From contig NMRA01000046.1 of the NCBI GenBank assembly GCA_002633005.1, positions 448,266 to 512,265 on the forward strand: DNA of 64,000 nt, written 5' to 3'. The notes beneath the pieces were generated by a model. That model saw only the letters and a list, made by a program, of their open reading frames with translations. It had not been told where the DNA came from and made no database searches. Below, piece by piece: positions 49,545 to 64,000 of this stretch. How positions within the stretch are numbered: the first letter of the stretch is position 1; every line of letters begins with the position of its first letter. The translations under genes and the position numbers were made by a program. The DNA is from Phoronis australis (lineage: Eukaryota; Animalia; Phoronida).

Positions 49545-52500
49545 TCAACTGTAATCGAATGAGTTTCTAGTTGTCGACACTAATTCTGTCCTTGTCCTGT
49601 CTTTGTATTTCTGAAAAAGTGAGCATTGACCTTTAGTCATTTCAATGAGAGGCTTGTGAATCAAGATTCAACTGTGCTCTGGTACAAGGCTACTAAAAGT
49701 GAAATATTTAGTCGCAAAAATAAGTGTAAGCTATAGGTGTGCTCATGGTATGATAAGTCATTTTTAAACTTTCAATTTGTCTTGAGTTACTCTCACAAAC
49801 TTAAGAAACGACTGACCAGTTTCCACTGCAAAATTTCTATCCACTCTTGGCCTTCTTTTTCTGTAGATGCATATAAATAAAACGTCCTCCACGGAAACAC
49901 AATTCTAAAATTTAAAGATTAAAATGGTAGTTAATAACAGTGAAAAACAGGTATAGTTTCTTCCTTATATGGAGAATGATATCTGGGCTATGCAAGAAGT
50001 GACGCAAGCACACAAACATATTGAATGACTTTCCATGACATGGCAACTTATTGAGCCTAGAAACTGGTGTTTTAGGCCTGCTGGTCAAAAGGAAGGTGAC
50101 AAATGCTACAATAATTTAAAAACATATTTACATTTAATATCTACAAAGAAACGTTTGGGTTGGAACCATCATCAATGCCAATCAGAATCATAGGTGGCAC
50201 TGTTGTATATCTGATTGATTGTTGGGATTGCCTGAATTTGTTGGCTTGACAACACGGCATCTTGATAAATGCACAGATACACGTAAAACACATGACAACA
50301 GTGCCATCTAATATAATGTCAATGACTACAGCCATACAGTGATTTGAACGGTCCTCGTCCTAATCGTTCTTTTCCACCGTACCTCAGTAGTTGACTGGAT
50401 AGACTTCTAATAGTGTTCTGAACCCTTGTGTGAAGGATCAATGCAGTGAGATTTGCTGGCTTATTTATAAATTCTTATCAACTAACTTGCCATCAGATTG
50501 CCTATTTTGTACATCCTCTGAACTTGCCACAATTGACAACTAGGCTGTTATGAATAACAATAAAGCTGGACAGGACAGGGAGTAAGCCTAGTGTCCGACT
50601 ACTTAAAGACAGTGCATTTTTCACATTCATTAACAATGTGGACAAGGGTTAATTAAACCTTCGCTTGGTTCAGAAAGGGGACAAAATGCACCGTTGTGCA
50701 GTTGGATAAACAAATGATTCGCATGGAAATGTACATCAGATTCTCAAAACGCCTGAATGACAACAGAAATTGCGTTTTGTCTTTGTTAACCCACCCTGTA
50801 TTGCACACCAGAATTGGAAATTGAGTCGAACAAAAGGCTCATGTTGTCAAAATGCAAAACAATAATGCTGAATGATGATCCCATTTTCATCAACATGGTA
50901 ATAATAAACCAGAAAGTTGTGTTCATGCATTGTTCAGACATTTGCAGAGCCATTTGAATGGAAACATAACATTGGCAGTATTTGATCGACTTCAAGTTGC
51001 CACGTCACTGAACCGCCCAAGACATGTGATTGGTCTGTAAGCTGGAAGTCGTCACCAAGAACCAATCCGACGTCTCACCTGGTTGATCTGGCGAAGTCAG
51101 TCAAGTGCAATAATTTTTACCTGAATGCATGTTGCTTATCCAGTGATCTGTCCTCTGCCACTTCAGTACAATCTTTGAGATTCAGTGTACGAATTGGACT
51201 TTTATCTTGATTTGTTTTGAAGTATTTCAACTCATTTTTTTTCAACACAAACCACCTGACCTTCCAATTTTTTACAACTGATCCCTGCTTTGTTAAAAAC
51301 CCTTCTTTAGATGCCACCTATAAAGATAAAACTTAATGTATTATCTAATGAATCATTACAAATTAATCAAAGCAATAACATTTTATAAACAACAACAGTA
51401 ACATTATAAACAACAACAATTATAACAATTACAAGACATTTCCAGATGCTTCAGTTTAAAAAAATTAAAGTAGAGAAATTGAAACCCTTTGATACTGATG
51501 GTACCCTTGTACTTTCACAGATGTCTGAATGAAAAAAATGTTCCATCTCAACATACAGTGCCAGTTTTACTTACACTGAAATCCGGTAATTCTTGACTTT
51601 TATCAGTTGAGAGGTATTGTGCCTGAACTTTGACCTCGTCATATATATCAGGCTCTTGTACATTTACTGAATAAGGATACTTCAGCACAGTCAGAACTCC
51701 TGCAGAATCGAGCAACATGTGTCCAGAGTAAAAACATAAGCACAGGTTGTTAGCTTGTCAAGTGCTTAATACATTATGTGACAGTATAAAATATTTATAC
51801 CAGATGTCAATATTATCAACGAGAGTTTTCAGTGGGTGAATCCTTCATAATTAAGTGATAACAAAATTAATGTACATGCATTTACAATTTTGTGAAAGAG
51901 AAAGGCACCACCAAAATAGTACAACAGCATAGGGTACGTTTTGTGTCTTATGATGAAGACTAAATACTGTTAATTTTGCTTTAAGGCTACGTAGGACTAC
52001 AAAAATGTTCAAATTTAGCTCATTTCAGAACATCTGAAATAGCTGATCAGATTCTGTATCATATAACTTTCAGATAACATGTCTTTTGCAATGTTCTCCA
52101 GATCGCTGATATGAAATTGTTTTTAAAATGTTCCACTTTTGCATGAGGGGCTATCAGAAATAGTACTACTTTGGTTTTCATGAAAAAATGGAAGTTTGCG
52201 TAAAACAAAATAACTGTAAGGGCTTTTAGAGAACATTTACATCAAATGAAATTTGATTAATGTGTTATTGATACTATTGTTTTGCTAATGTACCTATCTT
52301 TTTTGCTAAAGTTTAATAAAACAACAAGGTCATGTCACCCAATTAATAGCAGATTGGTATCAAATCAAAAATCAAATTCTTGCTTTCTACTTTCACAAAA
52401 TAACTACATGTACCAAGTTAAAATCTAATTATCAACTATCAAGATCTTTTATAAATACGCAGACTTGTTGATAAGGTCCTACATATACATGTCGTGAACA

Positions 52501-55500
52501 CATCCACTAAAACAAGAAACTGTAGGAACACGGCATTTATCCACCTTCACTCTTATCAGGCTTCTATTGTGAGTCAGCATGCGTGAATAATTGGCTGATA
52601 AGCCACCTCTGGAACTACTTTGGGCTGAATGGATGACCAGGCCATAAAATGATAATTAGCCAAGACCAGTTACTATAATGCAACAAAGAACAAGTAATAA
52701 TGTCTTGCATCACCTAGCCTTGGTGGAAAGCTGTATACTGTATTGGCTCAAACAAACGCTTAGAAAAATTCATTTCACGGGGAGGGGACGCTTATTGTAG
52801 TGAGCCTACGGCAGTTGAAACCCGGTTTCCCAAACGGGTAAAATCGGAAGCTAGGATTCATCAAATTTACGCTCTGTGACGTATTTGTAGCCTATGACAG
52901 CCTTTCTACAAAATTGTGGTGCATTGCTATCAACTTCCGTTGTTAAATTACGATAATTTTTCAAAAAATNNNNNNNNNNNNNNNNNNNNNNNNNNNNNNN
53001 NNNNNNNNNNNNNNNNNNNNNNNNNNNNNNNNNNNNNNNNNNNNNNNNNNNNNNNNNNNNNNNNNNNNNNNNNNNNNNNNNNNNNNNNNNNNNNNNNNNN
53101 NNNNNNNNNNNNNNNNNNNNNNNNNNNNNNNNNNNNNNNNNNNNNNNNNNNNNNNNNNNNNNNNNNNNNNNNNNNNNNNNNNNNNNNNNNNNNNNNNNNN
53201 NNNNNNNNNNNNNNNNNNNNNNNNNNNNNNNNNNNNNNNNNNNNNNNNNNNNNNNNNNNNNNNNNNNNNNNNNNNNNNNNNNNNNNNNNNNNNNNNNNNN
53301 NNNNNNNNNNNNNNNNNNNNNNNNNNNNNNNNNNNNNNNNNNNNNNNNNNNNNNNNNNNNNNNNNNNNNNNNNNNNNNNNNNNNNNNNNNNNNNNNNNNN
53401 NNNNNNNNNNNNNNNNNNNNNNNNNNNNNNNNNNNNNNNNNNNNNNNNNNNNNNNNNNNNNNNNNNNNNNNNNNNNNNNNNNNNNNNNNNNNNNNNNNNN
53501 NNNNNNNNNNNNNNNNNNNNNNNNNNNNNNNNNNNNNNNNNNNNNNNNNNNNNNNNNNNNNNNNNNNNNNNNNNNNNNNNNNNNNNNNNNNNNNNNNNNN
53601 NNNNNNNNNNNNNNNNNNNNNNNNNNNNNNNNNNNNNNNNNNNNNACATTGTGGCAGTGCATATTTGGCGTTAGTGAGGAGAGCCAGGGAGCGGCAGTAT
53701 TGAGGTATTTTTCATGGTGTTTTCGTATTTGGTATTTCCGAATTTGCATTTTGTCTGTATCTGTGAGGTTTGCTATGCATTTTGTTTTTTATTTTTAGAA
53801 ATGAAACAGAGAAGAACTGTGAAAATGTCAATGAGAAATGTTTCACGTCTCTCAATAAAGCTCTTTAAAAAGATGTAACTCCTCTTGACTTGCCAAGCAC
53901 TCACACCTCCATAGTTTACTTCAGAGGTAATAAACACAAGATGGCTTCTGCATTCAGTTTGACCAGATGCTGAAAATAATACACTGTTGCTTATATAGTT
54001 TATCAGCATGCCAATGCATGAATAAGAGACACTCACCTGACACTGCTCCTATAAGTGGATGCTTTTCAAAATGTGCTTGCAAGTCCTTCAGGTTGTTGAA
54101 CACGGCCATCCCAAATTTGAATGTACCATCTATATATTGCACTGGGAAATGTTTAACTGAATCAACACATCTGAAATCAGAGTTAAAAATATAATTCAAA
54201 GAGATACAAATATCAACCAAAAGTAAGAAGGAAATATTAAATCCCAAAAGTCAATCCATAGTAACTGCTGAGTTTTTGTTATAACTAAAACCTTGCATGT
54301 ACTTGGAAGTACAGGGAAAGACAAAACAAAAGTTAACATTGAACAAACAGTAAAGGGAGGTAAGTAACACATTGTTACCTTGGCCTCATTTTACAAATGC
54401 CAGGCTTATTTGATTCTAGGAATCGTATCCCAAAATATCACATCCATAGATACTGATGATGAATGTCTATCATTCTTTGATCGAGTACATTATGGTTCAT
54501 GCGTACAACTTTTGACTCAAGTTTGTATCTGCAGATGATGACTCGAACTTTGGAGTCATCGAGTGCACACTAGGGTTAAGCAGCCATCACAAGTATAACG
54601 TAATGTATACGTACTTGACCAACAATTAGACTGTTACGTTGACCTCGCACAAAAATAGAACGGAGAATGCCAGAAATAATTTTGATTTCGATATCATGTA
54701 CAAAGATTAAACTTCGGGCTTGCACCCAACTCATTTTGAAACATACTTAAGAAAAACAAACAAAAAGCAGGCATAATTTTAGGAAACAAACAACACAAGC
54801 ATTTTAGCAAAGTTCTAATTTTTTGAAAGCTAGTTTTTATGAACAAATTGGCTTGGCATCTTAGCATTACAGCCTTCTGTCATTCAGTAACTTTTTCAGA
54901 CGTGAGGGGTGCTGAACGTGCGATAACATCTGGCTCTTTTGTTAACTACCTAGCACAGTCTTTTGTCCCGTATGATAACAAGCAGGCCAATTATCTCCCA
55001 GGCTTCAAAGGAAACCTATGGTGGTTGCATGCTATTACCGAACGCGTATTCAGAACACAGTCAAACCCTGTGCATTGGTAATCCATTTGGACAGAATAGA
55101 TTGTCTTAAATTCTGTTTTAGTTGGACGATTTTGGTGATTCAAAAATGGAACATGATCAGCATTTGACGAGAAATTCAGAAATGCTATTGGTTTAAGCTC
55201 AAATATGTGGGGGGGGTAAACTTCCCAACTTTTTGTTGGGCTATTGAATCGAACAAGTTGGGAGCAACAGGATGTCGCCATCATGGCAAAATCAATTCTT
55301 TTATGATTTAAATTGTTTTCGAAAGTAAGTTGTGCCGGTTTTGATTTTCCCAGCATGTGCACAACATGTCTGACTGACCCACTAAATGCCACACATACAA
55401 GTCTGGGGTCACATGTCAACTAATGAAACAGTTGTCTGGCAGTCATGAAGCATTGCTTAGTATTTTTTTGTGAAATTAGTAGACCAGCAGGTTTTATGAT

Positions 55501-57675
55501 AAGGAACTGATAAACTAAGTAAATACATGATAGCATTTTTTCACTCCTGATGATTGAAAAGAGTCTCAGAGTAAAATCAAAACGACAGTGTTTCTTGGAT
55601 TTGCAATAACATGAAATAAAATTAAGTCTTCCTTGAACTGTAAACATGGAAATTTGGTTCTTAAAACATAATTGTGGCATAACTGACAGCTGTAATAAAT
55701 GCTAGGTTATACTGACCTACTTTCAAAGCATGTGCTATGTAAATCATTGTGGGGCGTCACACAGATCATTGATATGTAGTCCTTTAACACACAGGATTAA
55801 ACATATTGAATTACAAGGCACTCAGTCGCCTCCACAAATCTTCAACTTGTCGATGGTACTGTGATCTCAATAACCCTGCAGTCCTCTTTGTTCATCCCAC
55901 ATCAGAATTCAAGTATCATTTGACTGTGTATACTTAAACCAATTTACGTTTTTATGCGAAGTTTTTACAATTTATTGTTGCTGGGACCATCAAAATGGGC
56001 AGAAACACGACGAACAACAATTCATTTAAGTAAGCTAGGTTTTATAACTTTCAAATTATTACCTAGTATTATCTAAAAAACATAATTAATTTAGGAATAC
56101 AATTATAAACTTAAAAGTATCAGAAATAAACCAATGCTGAAATAAACTGTTATTCATTTGCCTTAAAAGTGCAAATATTCAGTTGCCAGGAGTCTAAAAC
56201 ATCTTTAATCATGTTTACTTAAAACAGGGCATGGAATGATTAATGACAAAAAGAGGAAAATATATACCATTCCACAAATAAATAGGCTTGTGTGACGGAT
56301 ACTAAGTTTTTGGCATTGTAAAATTTAACTGAATTTAACATGGCATGAATAAAGTCAAAATAATAATAAAAATAGCCGGAAACAAGGAAACTGGAAATCA
56401 AATAAGAGAAAAACAAAACCAAAAGAGCTAGGAAATCCTTTTATTTAAAAGAGGAAAATTCCAGTCCTGTTAAAAAAGTTAATACCAATGATCTTTTATT
56501 TCAACCTTAGATTATAGATTATGAAATGGAAATGGAAGAATGAAGCACGCTCACCATGTTTGGTGTTTATGATAGCAGGTGATAACATTATTACATCCTC
56601 TATCACAAAGCTTAAACCAATGCTCTTTGATAACAAAATCGATATCAGGAGGTAAATGTGAATGCCAGTTACAAGGACAGTAGAGGAAAAATATATTAAT
56701 TTTGAATGATCTCTATAATTGTGTTTTGCACTTCAACTTGTCGAAAAACGGACACAATAGTAAAACAAAACAGTGACCATATTCAACAATTTAGGTAAAC
56801 TTTCACAACATTTATCTTCCTCCCAAGATCATTTAGAAAAAACAGTGCAATTGGCATTATGACTTTTGGTTTACCTGACTGAGAGTGCAAACTCTCCCTT
56901 CAAAGAACTCGGTCGCAGTAGAAATGTTCCATCAACCCCATTCTGCAACAACAAACTTTCTGCCAAGTGCCTGGTCAATGAAGGATGATACCAACTGAAA
57001 CAACAAGTGCCTGGTCAATGAAGGATGATACCAACTAAAACAACAAGTTCTGGTCAATAAGGATGATACCAACTGAAACAACAAATGTTAGCATCAACAG
57101 TCTAAAGCCAAATCAGGTTGTGACTTTCACTGGAATGTTACTGGTATCAAAACATGACTACAAAATCAATGCACAAAAGTTTTTTGATCTGAAGTAATCA
57201 AACCATGTAAAATGGTCACATACATATCCATAGGGGATTATTTCCTTCTGTTACGTTAAAATCGCACTAAATCATTTAATAGTGTAAACTGTTAAAAACA
57301 ACCATTTTCTTCACAGGCACATTAACTTTTCCAAAGCTCAGACATATTGCTCTTATCATTTGTTTCAACTGAAACAAATTACAGTAAAATTTCCCTATAT
57401 ATGAGACAATATATGGGAAACAGGTGAAATTTTGTTAATTATTTCTACCAAAGTAATATTTCATATTTTCAAACACTTAATTACTATAGATTACCATTTG
57501 ACAACAATGCTCAAAAAATGTGAAAATGAAAAAAGCCAAGCCTTTGTCTCAATTTTACAGTAAATTGACTCACTGGATAACCAAAAATCCTGTTGTTACA
57601 TCAGATATGCCTTGCTACTTACTCAATGTCACCCAGTGACAGTGTAATGTCTGAATGACAATGCAACTGACTCAT
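49545..57675 (-). CDS. DAPP1: DAPP1/Bam32-like SH2-PH adaptor, 7 coding exons, complete
   Basis: Exons 57623-57675, 56875-56994, 54037-54170, 51575-51699, 51121-51317, 49817-49904, 49545-49610, phases consistent; SH2 [35 protein letters not shown]; linker EPDIYDEV; [40 protein letters not shown]. Confidence 0.92.
52738..52969 (+). mobile_element. Truncated relative of the 5606-7179 MITE, running into an N gap
   Basis: AAACGGGTAAAATCGGAAGCTAGGATTCATCAAATTTACGCTCTGTGACGTA...GTGGTGCATTGCT matches 5855-5990. Confidence 0.8.
56964..57083 (-). repeat. 40-bp tandem triplication spanning the DAPP1 exon 2 splice acceptor
   Basis: Minus strand TTGTTGTTT(C/T)AG|TTGGTATCATCCTT(C)ATTGACCAG(G)xAC x3; AG at 57074/3, 57036/5, 56996/5. 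Confidence 0.92.
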
Positions 57676-58356
57676 ATCCACTTGTCAGTCCTTTCGAGAA
57701 GCAAAACTAAAATTTCTGAAATGTATTTCGGACCCATCCACGAAGTGCAAACGTACACAGCGCTTATGATGCGGGTTTGACAATCACGGTGTTTACCACT
57801 GATATTTCCCGGTTAACTTAAGTTATGATTTTCATTTCCGGGTGTTTCACTTCTTGTTTTACCAACTCAACGGTATGATCGGCAGTCAAAGGTCAGGCGT
57901 CACTGGCCAAGTTTAAACTGCTTAGGAAGGCCACCCACGTCACCTTAAGACGTCCAGGATACTGGGACCGGTGTTTTGACTACGAAACTCCGCACGTTGA
58001 TAAGCTGTCAAGTGTAGGTGACTGCTGTGAGATAAAATCTATTGGGGCAGACATCAACAACTCCGCACAATGACCTTTTTCAATGTGAGACCCACAACTA
58101 GTTTACGTAAATATTTTAATGTTAGTATAACACCTTTGGAATCGTTTTAAATGTAAATATACTTTTTAAAATATTAAAATTTGTTTGAAAGTACAATTAT
58201 TGCATCATTATTTTTTATAAGAAAATATTTGGGAGCACAAATGTAAGTCATCAGGTCATGTGACTTGTGCGAAAAACGACAAAGACAAGAGTCGAGTGCT
58301 TAGCGGATTAGAATTTTAGTGTATTAAGAGATTAGATTGTTCACATTTTGGAAAGT
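57676..58356. promoter_or_regulatory. Putative bidirectional promoter between DAPP1 and KAT8
   Basis: Divergent ATGs ~680 bp apart; CpG-containing segment, TTCCGG ETS-like site near 57836, GTCATGTGAC E-box near 58255. Confidence 0.55.
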
Positions 58357-63435
<5,079 letters not shown>

Positions 63436-63531
63436 TGATTGGAACACCCTCTCAGTGGTGGGATATGAATTGCAATTACATGCAATTACATGTAATTACG
63501 TGCATTGCCATGAACAAAGGAACATGTTTGT

Positions 63532-63726
63532 ATACACCTTAGTCACGCTGTCGCCATTTTAAAAGTGAACCTCTTTTTAGTTTTTAAAAACAATGCATTC
63601 TGCATTTAATCACAGCGTAAAGGGTGATTTTTCGCGTGCCTCGTGATGCATATGTCTCAGATGCTTTGTTGTTAAACCTAAAAAGAGGCTCACTTTTAAA
63701 ATGGCGACAGCGTGAATTAGGTGTAT
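63532..63726. mobile_element. ~195-bp MITE with ~50-65-bp TIRs
   Basis: ATACACCTTAGTCACGCTGTCGCCATTTTAAAAGTGAACCTCTTTTTAG / CTAAAAAGAGGCTCACTTTTAAAATGGCGACAGCGTGAATTAGGTGTAT; TSD not resolved. Confidence 0.8.
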
Positions 63727-64000
63727 TAAATCAGCACAAAAGCTTTTTTGAAATGAAAGCATCACAGTTAGTGCAGTGGTAGTCATTAATGTATTACTCA
63801 TAAAGTTTCTTAAGTAGTAGTACATCAATGGTAGCCACAAATTACAGAAAATCAGGAACCCCAACTGGAAATGGAACCACGGGTATCGGGATTGTTGGTC
63901 TAGTGCTCTTACCAGTGAGATACTGAGGGCCCGATATCTGCAATTACTGTTTGCAGCCAAATGTTATGTTATGTTATCCATCTCTTGAGTAGCATGTATG

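Noticed and set aside
51981-52490. Possible TTAA-flanked MITE (GTAGGAC / GTCCTAC)
   Set aside because: Inverted match too short and no TSD on the right

Overview
Eukaryotic (invertebrate-like, probably lophotrochozoan; inference) genomic DNA with two N gaps (31267-31863, 52970-53645). Host genes: the last 30 exons of a fibrocystin-L/PKHD1L1-like gene (+, 18933-48157, two GC-AG introns), a complete 7-exon DAPP1/Bam32 (SH2-PH) gene (-, 49545-57675), and the first 7 exons of KAT8/MOF (+, from 58357, head-to-head with DAPP1). The first 18.9 kb appears to be one large PKHD1L1-like intron. It holds an antisense rhodopsin-class GPCR and a decayed Polinton/Maverick (adintovirus-like) element: penton fragment, PC4-like gene, packaging ATPase, pX-like gene, conserved ORF, integrase fragment, major capsid and adenain protease, with no polymerase found. 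The element is arranged as a head-to-head inverted duplication centred on a hairpin and is interrupted by two Tc2/pogo-type MITEs and a LINE. Most unusual signals: (1) tandem arrays or duplications built on splice junctions in all three host genes, up to 14 stacked GTAAGT donors, with one array fully in frame; (2) a complete 545-bp TRIM whose LTRs carry a tRNA-like Pol III promoter, with tRNA-Ser PBS, PPT and 4-bp TSD; (3) the foldback Polinton. All calls come from manual reading and motif recognition; no searches were run.
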